The notes beneath the pieces are model-generated. The model was given only the letters and a program-made list of their open reading frames with translations, was not told the DNA's origin and did not search any database. DNA of 63,470 nucleotides, filler included, from Candidatus Omnitrophota bacterium (lineage in GTDB: Bacteria; Omnitrophota; Gorgyraeia; Zapsychrales; JBDRMG01), in assembly GCA_043812495.1 (NCBI GenBank). It is 7 parts of 5 records of this genome, joined end to end, with 100 filler letters (N's around TTAATTAATTAA, not from the genome) between each part and the next. Parts side by side here need not be neighbours in the genome. Positions count along the whole stretch, not along the records: positions 29,093 to 48,114 come from JBDRMG010000007.1; positions 48,215 to 49,729 come from JBDRMG010000008.1; 5 more parts are not named here. The stretch is one strand, 5' to 3'. Below, in pieces: positions 39,701-48,471 of this stretch. The position numbers were made by a program, and so were the translations under genes. Every line of letters begins with the position of its first letter. Positions within the stretch are counted from its first letter, which is position 1.

Positions 39701-41065
39701 TACGACCGGACCGGACATCGACGTGCCGGAAAGCAATATATGCTCGTCATCCACGCAAGGCTGGTATAGGCCGCCCGGCGACCAATCCTGAAATCTTGCC
39801 GCGCAGATAAGATGCCCCGGGGCAACGACATCCGGTTTAGCTGTCCCCAGGACCGTAGGGCCCCGGGAGCTAAAGTATGCGATTTCACTGGGGCAGATAT
39901 AACTGCCGCCAATCTGGCTTGGTTTACAGGTCGCGCCAACGGTTATGGCGTTACGCGCGCAACCCGGGCATCCACCGCTAAAATAACCTGGGCCGGAGTT
40001 TCCCGCGGATACAGTCACGACAGCTCCGTTTTCAAAAGCGTTATCAACGACCTGAGACCATAAATCATCAGGACTGCCGGGAACGCCCAAACTCATGTGG
40101 ATGATGTCAGCATGGTCACTGAAATCACCGTCTTGATTCGGATCCATGGCCCGTTCCACTCCGACAATAACCGTAGAAAGAGTCCCTAAGTGCTCGGGAT
40201 TTCCGTCAATAATGATGTTTCCTAAGACGCGGTAGGCGTATATTCTGGCATCCGGGGCAACCCCTCGAAGAACGCCGTCACCGGCCGCGATTGACGCGAC
40301 GTGGGTGCCATGCCCAAAATAATCCATCGGGTCCGGATCATCATCCCAGATGTTATAGCCGCCGGCAAATTTCGCGCATTCACCATTTAAGAATTCTTCC
40401 GTTGTGCAAGCGCCAAAATCCGCATGGGTATAATCGATACCTGAGTCGAGGATGGCAATTGTTATTCCTTCTCCCGTAAGATTAGAAGAGGGATTATTCG
40501 GATCCGGAAGCTCCCAGACATCGTCGGCATTGATCAGAGGAATGGTATCCATTAAAAGCGGATAAGCGAGATAATCGGGAAGGACCCTTTTGATATTCAC
40601 TGTTGATTGGCCGCCTATTCCTGTCATAGCTTCGGCAGAAGCCTCCACGGCAAAACCATTAAGCACATCTTTAAACTCACGCGTTACTTTGATATTATCA
40701 GGAAGTTTATTCTTAAAATCGGCGTGTTTCTCAAATAGGACTCCCCTGTAATCATTTATACTCGAAGTTAGAGGGGCCCCTTTCATGCCCTGTTTCACAA
40801 GCTCGACCTTTTTTGAGAGAACAGGTGGTTCTTCGAATTCAATGATCCAGCGTGTATTTTCCATTAATTGAGTCCGGACAGCATCCGAACGATCTGCGGC
40901 TCCGCTGGAGGGAATAGAAGTATCGGCTGCCGATGATACCGGCACGCTCGTCTTGCTCTTGTCATTCTTATAAATCGCGAAGGCAGGAACAAAGGTAAGT
41001 GTTAAAATTGCAAATACGAAAATATACAGACAAGCTCTCTTCATGAATAAGATTGATCTTTCCAT
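36746..41065 (-). CDS. Secreted S8 subtilase with I9 prodomain, FG-GAP repeats, Cys-rich repeat, beta-propeller and dockerin-like domain
   Basis: ILDSG, HGTHVA, SAGN, GTSMSGP; GDLDNDG..EI repeats; CGN....GEACDD.N....DGC; KIVW.D.RNGN.DIYLYDL repeats; GDTDHSGSVDIDDVVFL. Confidence 0.92.
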   Translation of the reverse strand: MERSILFMKRACLYIFVFAILTLTFVPAFAIYKNDKSKTSVPVSSAADTSIPSSGAADRSDAVRTQLMENTRWIIEFEEPPVLSKKVELVKQGMKGAPLTSSINDYRGVLFEKHADFKNKLPDNIKVTREFKDVLNGFAVEASAEAMTGIGGQSTVNIKRVLPDYLAYPLLMDTIPLINADDVWELPDPNNPSSNLTGEGITIAILDSGIDYTHADFGACTTEEFLNGECAKFAGGYNIWDDDPDPMDYFGHGTHVASIAAGDGVLRGVAPDARIYAYRVLGNIIIDGNPEHLGTLSTVIVGVERAMDPNQDGDFSDHADIIHMSLGVPGSPDDLWSQVVDNAFENGAVVTVSAGNSGPGYFSGGCPGCARNAITVGATCKPSQIGGSYICPSEIAYFSSRGPTVLGTAKPDVVAPGHLICAARFQDWSPGGLYQPCVDDEHILLSGTSMSGPVVAGVAVLMKQAHPDWTPQEIKNTIKGTSTDLGFNLLVQGAGRVDALEAVLQDHPYPTAVLDNREDLFVDGLIDIYGSAYDEDFDYFTLEYGEGVEPSSWSAITTGNEAVVDGLLGTLDTSQITVESFAIRLTVFNTSGQKSVDELLLLKRQDSWREGWPRRIGTDITFEYFAPAVGDLDNDGYSEIVVGSAGMFDSKVYVWDHNGNLLDGWPQEVNMMGGSDPALGDVDGDGDLEIVYKSSSFLIEQKSTVYVWNEDGTPLNENWPKDIPWEFISLTHPVLEDIDNDGKDEIIISTYSLGETASIKIWNEDGSEILGPWNSINNPSINPAVGDLDGDGDKDMVFIDSTSTDYVLTAWDIGTGEVLDHFPVTLPSQTGTVISPVVADIDRDGQYEIIVGFTNCKTYVYDNHKFINILPFSPYYCGGGASVVSRGQVIRDAKVPSVTDIDGDGDLEVIGYINSSVYAWEFDGSVVDGWPKSMLPYDLLSDFHQVFSKHGGAIADVDNDGENELVIVLYTGQQVNNVNDMRSIGTYVFVVDIGGDPDMVDWATFQNNMKRTGFAHSDFNFCGNSTLEYGEACDDANANANDGCNQSCKIEYGSVCAGEPSVCSDTQIYVDTFQLSWDLSHQRDAAIYDNKVVWKSNGSEKTGIYLYGILAQEELAIETSPGIYQCPTIYKNKVAWLRNEGATTGNVWLYDTQTGIKTQITTDGEYYGCPVGLYEDKIVYSSSKSGNLDIYLYDLSAQAEIQITSDPSLQTKARIDNDKIVWQDNRNGNYDIYLYDLATQQEAQITADPSSQTEPFLHGDKIVWTDSRNGNQDIYLYDLTAKEEMQITSDPSEQSDPAIYGNKIVWTDNHNGGKDTYLYDLATGEERFIAPIYSARIYEDKIVGTHSGESLDIYMAKMYPYDSFSCGDTDHSGSVDIDDVVFLIDHLSADGPTPEPLVVADADADSYADIDDVHYLLSYIFQSGLPPMCSGGDVEALKD

Positions 41066-41266
41066 CGCGTTTTCCTTACTTATATTAATCCTTGGACTAT
41101 TAAAAGAGTGACTAAAATAGATTTGTATTCTTCAAAAATTACCAAATCGTTTTTCTTATACATCAATAACTTCATCTAGTCAACGGGACAAACCATCCCA
41201 CACCTAGACTATGACAAACTAGGTCAAACATGAATAAAGAAAACTGATTTTTAAAGAATTATTTTA

Positions 41267-41935
41267 TTACTTTTTAGTAAGGTTAACCAGCAATACAAAT
41301 TCTCCTCGGGGTTTTGTTCTTGAAAAGTGCGAAATAAGATAGTCAGTTCTTCCTTTTCTGATCTCTTCGAATTTCTTGGTCAGCTCCCGCGCGACAACGA
41401 CATTGGGATTATTGAGGACTTCCTCTATATCTTTGAGTGTCTTTAAAAGGCGATGGGGAGATTCATAAAAAATGAGCGTTCTTTGCTCGTTCTTTAATTC
41501 TTCCAATTTCTTTCTTCGTGCATGGGACTTGACAGGCAGAAATCCTTCAAAAGCAAAGCTATGTGCCGGCAAGACTGATAGGGTCAGGGCCGCAATGAGT
41601 GCTGTGGCCCCCGGGATAACGGTCATGGGAATTTGATTTTCCTGAGTCAAGTGAATCAGATGATAGCCGGGATCGCTGATTCCCGGCGTACCGGCATCCG
41701 TCACGAGTGCAATGTTTTTTCCTTCTTTGAGGAGTTGAATAAGCGTATCGGCCTTTTTGACCTTGTTATGCTCAAAATAACTGGTCTGGGGGGTCTGGAT
41801 TCCGTAATGCTTGAGAAGAATTCCGGTGTGTCGGGTATCTTCCGCAGCTATAAGATCAACGGTTTTGAGGATTTCAACGGCACGATAGGTGATATCCTTG
41901 AGGTTGCCGATGGGGGTGGAAACAATGTAAAGCAT
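41267..41935 (-). CDS. rsmI: 16S rRNA C1402 2'-O-methyltransferase
   Basis: LYIVSTPIGNL.DIT.RA, AEDTR, DAGTPGISDPG, FYESPHR, RELTK. Confidence 0.96.
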   Translation of the reverse strand: MLYIVSTPIGNLKDITYRAVEILKTVDLIAAEDTRHTGILLKHYGIQTPQTSYFEHNKVKKADTLIQLLKEGKNIALVTDAGTPGISDPGYHLIHLTQENQIPMTVIPGATALIAALTLSVLPAHSFAFEGFLPVKSHARRKKLEELKNEQRTLIFYESPHRLLKTLKDIEEVLNNPNVVVARELTKKFEEIRKGRTDYLISHFSRTKPRGEFVLLVNLTKK

Positions 41936-41949
41936 TTTACCAGCTGTTT

Positions 41950-42042
41950 AGTTTTCGAGTTGTCCAGTTTGCGAGTTAAATCAAGCAACTTACGACTGAT
42001 TAATTTTATAACTCGCCAACTCGTTAAACTCGTAAACTGGTT
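41950..42042. repeat. About 8-nt periodic repeats in inverted arrangement
   Basis: cgagtt/ccagtt/cgagtt facing aactcg/aactcg/aactcg/aactgg. Confidence 0.6.
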
Positions 42043-42051
42043 ATAATTCTT

Positions 42052-43884
42052 TTATTCTACCGTAACTGACTTGGCCAAATTTCTGGGCTGATCCACATCA
42101 CAGCCGCGTTTGACGGCAATATAATATGCAATCAACTGCAAGGGGAGCGCCACGACAAGCGGCGTTAACAATTTATAGGTATGCGGAACGAAAATGACAT
42201 TATGGGCATGCTGCTTGATTGTTGCATCACCGAAGGTGGCGATCGCGATGATCTTTCCTTTGCGCGAGCGGATTTCCTGCATATTGGAAATCATCTTTTC
42301 ATAAATATCGGATTCCGGGGCGACGCACACAACCGCGCGATATTCATCGATAAGAGCAATGGGCCCATGTTTCATTTCGCCGGCGGCATACCCTTCGGCC
42401 GGGATATAGGAAATTTCTTTGAGTTTAAGCGCCCCTTCAAGGGCAGAAGGGAAATTGATATTACGCCCCAAAAATAGAAAACAACCAAAATGTGAATTGG
42501 CTCTTGCGATTTTAGCAATGGCGCTTTTTGTCTTAAGAACAGAATCGAGAAGCGCGGGAATGCTTTTTAGGTTTTTGATAATCTTTTGATAAACTTTCGC
42601 CGTAACAGTTTTCTTTAAGACAGCTAACTTGAGCGCCACAAGATAGAGTATGCCTAGTTGAGCTGTGTAGGCCTTTGTGGAGGCTACGCCGATTTCCGGA
42701 CCCGCATGGGTATAAAGCACGCCATCGGCTTCCCGGGCTAAAGAAGAACCCACGACATTACAAATCGCTATAATTTTGGCGCCTTTGGCTTTGGCTTCGC
42801 GCACAGCAGCTAGGGTATCGGCTGTTTCGCCGGACTGGCTGATCGCAATGACAAGGGATTTTTTATCAACAATCGGAAAACGATAGCGAAACTCGCTGGA
42901 AAGATCAATCCACACCGGGAGTTTCGCAAGCTGTTCGATCATATATTTCCCGACCATGCCCGCATGATACGCTGTCCCGCAAGCCACAATAATAATATTT
43001 TTAATCTCTTTGAGCTGTTTGTCATTAAGAGAAATGCCATCTAAGTCGATATGGTTCTTTTTGATCCGCGCATGAAACATCTGTGCTAAAACCTTTGGCT
43101 GCTGGTGAATTTCTTTGAGCATAAAATGGGCATAGCCCTCTTTTTGCGCAGACCCCATCTTGAATGAAACAGTATCGACTTTGACGGGTCTTCTTTTTCC
43201 TTGAAAATCAAAGAGCTGAATATTATCTTTCCGGATAGCCGCCATTTCGCCGTCTTTAAGATAAATAACTTTTTTTGTCTTATCTAAGATGGCCGGGACG
43301 TCTGAGGCAATAAAGTTTTCATTCTTGCCAAGGCCGATAATGAGAGGCGAGCCGATGCGAGCCGCTATAAGCAAATCAGGATGTTCACTTGAGATAACCC
43401 CCAAGGCAAAGGCCCCTTGAAGACGCTTAATGGCCGCTTGCGTGGCCTTCACGAGATCACCTTTGTAATAATCGCGAATCAGATGAACAATCACTTCCGT
43501 ATCTGTCTGCGAAACAAATTTATATCCCTTTTTCTTGAGAGACTCTCTGAGCTCTTGATAGTTTTCAATGATTCCGTTATGAACAACGAGGATTTGACGA
43601 GAAGGGTCGGCATGAGGATGGGCATTGGCACGGCTCGGTTTTCCGTGGGTCGCCCAGCGGGTATGGGAAATACCGAGTGTGCTTTCGGGTAGGCCTTTCG
43701 TTTTGATAAGATCGACGAGGGCTTGAATTTTACCTTGGGTTTTTAATAGGGTGACGCGCTGATGGTCTTTGGCGATGACACCAATTCCTGCTGAATCATA
43801 GCCTCGGTATTCTAACTTCTTCAGCCCGTCGATGAGGATCGGCGCGGCTTGCTGTTCGCCGATATAACCGATAATGCCGCACAT
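42052..43884 (-). CDS. glmS: Glutamine--fructose-6-phosphate aminotransferase
   Basis: MCGIIG, LEYRGYDSAG, HTRWATHG, SQSGET, PRNLAKSVTVE. Confidence 0.98.
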   Translation of the reverse strand: MCGIIGYIGEQQAAPILIDGLKKLEYRGYDSAGIGVIAKDHQRVTLLKTQGKIQALVDLIKTKGLPESTLGISHTRWATHGKPSRANAHPHADPSRQILVVHNGIIENYQELRESLKKKGYKFVSQTDTEVIVHLIRDYYKGDLVKATQAAIKRLQGAFALGVISSEHPDLLIAARIGSPLIIGLGKNENFIASDVPAILDKTKKVIYLKDGEMAAIRKDNIQLFDFQGKRRPVKVDTVSFKMGSAQKEGYAHFMLKEIHQQPKVLAQMFHARIKKNHIDLDGISLNDKQLKEIKNIIIVACGTAYHAGMVGKYMIEQLAKLPVWIDLSSEFRYRFPIVDKKSLVIAISQSGETADTLAAVREAKAKGAKIIAICNVVGSSLAREADGVLYTHAGPEIGVASTKAYTAQLGILYLVALKLAVLKKTVTAKVYQKIIKNLKSIPALLDSVLKTKSAIAKIARANSHFGCFLFLGRNINFPSALEGALKLKEISYIPAEGYAAGEMKHGPIALIDEYRAVVCVAPESDIYEKMISNMQEIRSRKGKIIAIATFGDATIKQHAHNVIFVPHTYKLLTPLVVALPLQLIAYYIAVKRGCDVDQPRNLAKSVTVE

Positions 43885-43886
43885 GA

Positions 43887-44153
43887 TTACTTTTTAGCCT
43901 TGGACTTTTTTGCGGTCGGCCGAACATTAATAAACGTAACGGCTCTTTTGTAGTGGCCTCTTTTATGCGTAAAGTAAACCTCGCCGTCACAGGTCGCCGT
44001 TAAATGCATGCGTCCGGAAACATTGACACCCGACTTCCATTTATTGCCCTGACGCGTCAAGACCGTACCGCAGCTGACTTTTTCACCGCCTGTCACTTTA
44101 ACGCCGCGTGTTTCTTTATAATATCTTTTTGTTAAACCACCGACTCTTGACAT
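43887..44153 (-). CDS. rpmA: Divergent ribosomal protein bL27
   Basis: RGVK..GGE.V..G.VL.RQ.G....G.NV, L.A..DG.V.F; AAGGAGGAG RBS. Confidence 0.75.
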   Translation of the reverse strand: MSRVGGLTKRYYKETRGVKVTGGEKVSCGTVLTRQGNKWKSGVNVSGRMHLTATCDGEVYFTHKRGHYKRAVTFINVRPTAKKSKAKK

Positions 44154-44167
44154 TGACTCCTCCTTCA

Positions 44168-44272
44168 ATGAATGCACGATTTATGGAGTCCACCATTTTA
44201 CTTGTAGCGGACGACATAAATCGTTGCATGAATTGAATCCCGCCCGCCACTGAATCAATGGCGGGCGGGGCT
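44168..44272 (-). repeat. Bipartite double-hairpin element (reverse orientation)
   Basis: cccgcccgcca..tggcgggcggg followed on the minus strand by caattca-tgcaacgatttatg..cataaatcgtgca-ttcatt. Confidence 0.7.
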
Positions 44273-44323
44273 CATAACTCTATTGCGCTCCTCCGCAAGA
44301 TCCTCCTCGAGCGGTCGACACAG

Positions 44324-45181
44324 CTAATTTTTCACTTTTTTTTTACTTACGTCCTCTCCTTTGAGAATCTGATCAATCTCGGCCTTAAAGCTATTGAAAT
44401 CTCTAGCCCGGGTATTACGGCCGTTGAGAAAGAATGTCGGTGTTCCGCGGACATTCATTTTCTGGGCCTGAGTCATATTGTCCTGAATGATTTTTTCCCA
44501 TTCGGCATCTCGTTCTTCATAATCTTTCGTAAATTTCTTAACGTTCAGGCCGATATTCTTCGCCACGGTCTTAAAAAGCTCTTCAGCTCTTTTTCCGTAC
44601 TCCTCTTTGGGACCTTTGGCCAGTTCGCCGAGCTGTTCATTGCTCAAGGCAAAAAGGGCATCAATCATTTCAAAGGTTTTGTTTTGGACACCGGCGGCTA
44701 AGATAGCTTTGGCACCCGGCTTGGCCAGGGGATGAAACCCTAGAGGAAAATGAAGAAAAACATGATTGACATCATTCGGGTAAGCTTTAAGTACCTCTTC
44801 GAGAACAGGATGAAATCGTCTTGAATAGGGACATTGAACTTCGGAGGCCTCCACGATAGTCACTTTGGCATCTTTTTTCCCCTGGATAGGAAACTGGCTA
44901 ATATTAATTTCGTAAACCTGATTCGGATCAATCTCCGGCGGACGAGACGGAGCCTGAGCGCCTTGGGTGCTCAAAGCACGCAAACCATTGGCAAGTCCTG
45001 CCTGCATTCTCTCTAAGTTAGATAGCCTTTGTTCAATTTTTCCCTGATTATCAATGATCTTTTGAAGCTGTTGTTCGACCGTCGGGTTTTGTGCCTGTTG
45101 TGCAAAACTTAATGTAGCCAGAAAACCAAAAGCCATCAAAAGACAAAAAACAAAAATGATCTTTCGATTTGTCGTGTTCAT
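44324..45181 (-). CDS. DsbA-like thioredoxin-fold protein with a single-Cys (CPYS) site
   Basis: Signal peptide, G..DAKVTIVE.SE.QCPYS, FPL.FH, VRGTPTFFLNG. Confidence 0.85.
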   Translation of the reverse strand: MNTTNRKIIFVFCLLMAFGFLATLSFAQQAQNPTVEQQLQKIIDNQGKIEQRLSNLERMQAGLANGLRALSTQGAQAPSRPPEIDPNQVYEINISQFPIQGKKDAKVTIVEASEVQCPYSRRFHPVLEEVLKAYPNDVNHVFLHFPLGFHPLAKPGAKAILAAGVQNKTFEMIDALFALSNEQLGELAKGPKEEYGKRAEELFKTVAKNIGLNVKKFTKDYEERDAEWEKIIQDNMTQAQKMNVRGTPTFFLNGRNTRARDFNSFKAEIDQILKGEDVSKKKVKN

Positions 45182-45201
45182 GCCCTCTCCTTTTGTTGTT
45201 T

Positions 45202-45388
45202 GAACAGCCCTTCACAAAATTCGTCCTTCGACATAGCTCAGGACGACCCTGAGTTTATCGAAGGGTCGCTCAGGGCTGTTGATTACACAGATTCGAAAAA
45301 GATTACACAGATACTTTCGACGAGTTGCAATCTGTGTAATCAGATTTTTAATCGGTGTAATCAAGGGCTGAACGGTTTTTGTGAAGCC
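45202..45388. repeat. Nested CTTCGAC..GCTCAGG elements followed by an ATTACACAGAT element
   Basis: gtccttcgacatagctcaggac / gaccctgagtttatcgaagggtc inside cagccct..agggctg; reverse complement of 45279-45388 is homologous to 58156-58265. Confidence 0.8.
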
Positions 45389-45769
45389 TTATTGTTTGAG
45401 CTGTTCGATTGCCCTCTTTCTCCAATCTTGATAAAGTCCGTCCAAAATGTCCATCTTGTTTTCCGGCTCCATGCGTGTTATGTATCCACCGCACTGGCAA
45501 GTCCCGGTTTCAGAATTTGATTGAACCCAAATAATGTTTGCCCGACAAGAAACAGGATCTTTGGCGCCGGGAATATGAATACCCAGCTGGCAGGAATCTT
45601 TATGGCAAAAATGACCAAACGTCTTAAAGGCCAGCCCTTTTCGGCTGAGGTTGATTAATTTTCCCGAGTTTTCGGACGCATCAACATCAACAAGATATTC
45701 TCCGGCATGTGCGCAAGAAAATCTGAGATCTTGTCTTTTTTCTTGAGCTTCTGAGGCTTGATTATTCAT
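45389..45769 (-). CDS. PilZ-domain protein
   Basis: EKRQDLRF and NLSRKG. Confidence 0.8.
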   Translation of the reverse strand: MNNQASEAQEKRQDLRFSCAHAGEYLVDVDASENSGKLINLSRKGLAFKTFGHFCHKDSCQLGIHIPGAKDPVSCRANIIWVQSNSETGTCQCGGYITRMEPENKMDILDGLYQDWRKRAIEQLKQ

Positions 45770-45907
45770 GGCAATCAATTATTCCTTACTCTTGTTGGAG
45801 TGTTGGAGAAATAAGCTGAATCATTCTATCCTAAAAAGAACCCTTTTTCAAATAGTTTATCCCCCGCCCATAAATTTCATTACTTCATAAGACATCGCCT
45901 TCTGATC

Positions 45908-46765
45908 TTAAAGGGCGATGTGGCCGTAGCGATGAACGATGTATTTGATATCCTGCCAGCGCCGGCCGCTGGCGCAATTGAATATGGCAATCACAAGAGT
46001 GCTTCGGCCTTTTTGTATATAACCGACAAAACAAGAGCCGGCTTTGCGCGTATAACCTGTTTTTCCGTAAAGTTTTCTTCTCCACTTCATGAATAAGATT
46101 TTATTATGGCTTTTCAAAGTAATCCGTCGCCCCTCTCGAGAACGAATCGTTGTTGTTTTGTGTTTCAGGGCCTTTTTAAAGAAATTGTGCTTTAAGGCCT
46201 GCAGAAAAATCACATACATATCATAGGCGGTTGTATATTGGGACTCCTTGGTCGGTAGACCGCTTGCGTTGGCAAATTTTGTATTTTTGCACCCTAACTC
46301 CTTGGCCCGCTGATTCATCATCTGGACAAATTTCCACTCGGAACCGGCCACGGCTTCGGCTAAAGCAATACTGGCATCGTTGGCCGAGCTCATCACCGCG
46401 GCCAGAAGTAAATCAGCCACCCGATAGCGCTCCCCCGGCTTAAGAAGAATCTTGCTGGGCTGGGCCTTTGGCGGTTTTTCGCCGATCGTAACAATTTTGT
46501 CGAGAGAAAGATGCTCGAGAACCAAAAGAGCGGTCATGACCTTTGTTGTGCTTGCGGGCAAAACTTTTTCGTCGACGTTTTTTCCGTATAACCTTTTGAC
46601 TTTTGTGCTGTCGGAAAAAATAACGGATTGCGCGCTTGGAGAATATCCCGCCGATTTACCTTTGGCTGCTTCAATATTATTTGAGAAAACAGTGAAAGCG
46701 AAGAAGCAAAGAAAAATAAGAATACCGAGCGCGTGTCTATTTTTCTTGAACAGTACGGTTAGCAA
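45908..46765 (-). CDS. D-alanyl-D-alanine carboxypeptidase/endopeptidase (S11)
   Basis: ASTTK (SxxK), SAN (SxN), KTG. Confidence 0.92.
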   Translation of the reverse strand: MLTVLFKKNRHALGILIFLCFFAFTVFSNNIEAAKGKSAGYSPSAQSVIFSDSTKVKRLYGKNVDEKVLPASTTKVMTALLVLEHLSLDKIVTIGEKPPKAQPSKILLKPGERYRVADLLLAAVMSSANDASIALAEAVAGSEWKFVQMMNQRAKELGCKNTKFANASGLPTKESQYTTAYDMYVIFLQALKHNFFKKALKHKTTTIRSREGRRITLKSHNKILFMKWRRKLYGKTGYTRKAGSCFVGYIQKGRSTLVIAIFNCASGRRWQDIKYIVHRYGHIAL

Positions 46766-46772
46766 GGTGGAT

Positions 46773-47666
46773 TTACTGTGTGGTTTTCGGGCTTTCTTTT
46801 TGATTTAATTCGTTTTCGTATCGGTTGAATGAATGCACCCAATCACTTTTCATTCTAACAAAATATGGATAATCGAGAAACAATTTTTCTAGAAAAGTGC
46901 TTTTTTTGGGGCCGCAGATACCCCTTTGCGAAGACGCGATGAAAGAAATCAATTCTTGGATTTTCTCGGAGTTCTCTTGATTGAGCGCATCCAAGGCTTT
47001 TTTAACCGAAAGTCCGCTGCGATAAAGATGCTGATGCGCTCTTTTGATCTCTTGGATATCTTGTTGGCTGAAACCGGCCCGGCGTAAACCTACCCCATTG
47101 ATTCCCCATACGCGCGAATCACCGACGACCATCATAAAAGGCGGAACATCTTGATTAACGCGGGATAAACCCGCGATCATAGCTAAGCGGCCGATGCGCA
47201 CAAACTGATGCACGGTCACATGGCCGGAGATAAAGGTTTGATCGTCGATATGCACATGTCCGGCGATCAAAGTCCCGTTACATATAATGACACGGTTGCC
47301 GATTTTGCAATCATGCGCCACATGGGACAGGCCCATCAAATAATTATTGTCCCCAATCTCTGTACATTTTTCCGGCGAAGAAGAGGTATGGATGGTCACG
47401 TATTCTCTAATGACATTGTTCTTTCCGATACGGATTTTACCATCTTGGTTTTTATGTCCGATGATTTGCGGAGATTCACCGATAACGGCCCCTGTCGCGA
47501 TCGAAGTGCCCTCCCCTATTTCCGTGTTCCCTTTGATATGCGCATAGGGTTGTATCTTGATGCCGGCTCCCAGCGATACACCTTTTTCAATGCACGCATA
47601 GGCTCCGATATCAACATCGTCGCTGAGCTTGACGTCTTGATCAATAATAGCGGTTGGATGGATCAT
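46773..47666 (-). CDS. lpxA: UDP-N-acetylglucosamine acyltransferase
   Basis: IHPTAII, hexapeptide repeats, IREYVTIH, HVAHDC, VHQFVRIG, GIN.VGLRR. Confidence 0.93.
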   Translation of the reverse strand: MIHPTAIIDQDVKLSDDVDIGAYACIEKGVSLGAGIKIQPYAHIKGNTEIGEGTSIATGAVIGESPQIIGHKNQDGKIRIGKNNVIREYVTIHTSSSPEKCTEIGDNNYLMGLSHVAHDCKIGNRVIICNGTLIAGHVHIDDQTFISGHVTVHQFVRIGRLAMIAGLSRVNQDVPPFMMVVGDSRVWGINGVGLRRAGFSQQDIQEIKRAHQHLYRSGLSVKKALDALNQENSEKIQELISFIASSQRGICGPKKSTFLEKLFLDYPYFVRMKSDWVHSFNRYENELNQKESPKTTQ

Positions 47667-47725
47667 AGAATTAAGTAAAACTCCGAATCTCGCTTTAGGC
47701 CAAAAGAGGAATAATAAATCTTATG

Positions 47726-48021
47726 TCTTCTCGCCCCGCCTATGGCGGGGCTCGAAGTAAAAAATCATTACACTTATGTCGCTATCGTTCCATAAGAGCA
47801 ATAATTTCTAATAGCCCTTACGGCTCGCGTAAGGGGAACTATCTCTGTTTATAATAGGGTTATTATATTGGTAATTTCTACTTATGGCAAGAATTTTTGA
47901 CTTTTAGAGAGGCGCTTTCCTTAAAAATTTTGTCCTTCGACGCGCTTTGCTTGCTCAGGGCAAAGTCGAACCATGCCTGCACTGCGAAGCTCCGAAACGG
48001 AAGTTTTGGAGCGAAGAAGTG
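47726..48021. repeat. Cluster of short palindromic elements
   Basis: cttctcgccccgcc..ggcggggctcgaag; cacttatg..cataag; tgtccttcgac..gctcagggca; cactgc-gaag..cgaa-gaagtg. Confidence 0.7.
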
Positions 48022-48434
48022 TCCTATTTGTCCATATTTTCCCAGGTCAGAAAATCATAACTACTTGATATATAATCAATTAATAATGTCCGTCTCTCGA
48101 CTGGTGGACATACCNNNNNNNNNNNNNNNNNNNNNNNNNNNNNNNNNNNNNNNNNNNNTTAATTAATTAANNNNNNNNNNNNNNNNNNNNNNNNNNNNNN
48201 NNNNNNNNNNNNNNAATCTTAAACTAGTGTGACGGTTTTATACCGTGCCACGAATAGCAGCAAGTCTCTCTTTTTGGAAATTGGTTTTAATTTATCAAAG
48301 AACCTTTATTTTAAAAACTTGACTTTATACATAGCAGCAAAGTCGAACCATTGACATCGCCCGCCATTGATTCAGTGGCGGGCGGGGATAAACAAATACA
48401 ATTATAATATTTCCTTAATCCAGGGCAAACCCGA

Positions 48435-48463
48435 TTGACATTCCATCACCGATTATGTACAAT
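48435..48463 (+). promoter_or_regulatory. Sigma70-type promoter for pyrE
   Basis: TTGACA-17 nt-TACAAT, ending 8 nt before the ATG. Confidence 0.65.
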
Positions 48464-48471
48464 CAACCATC

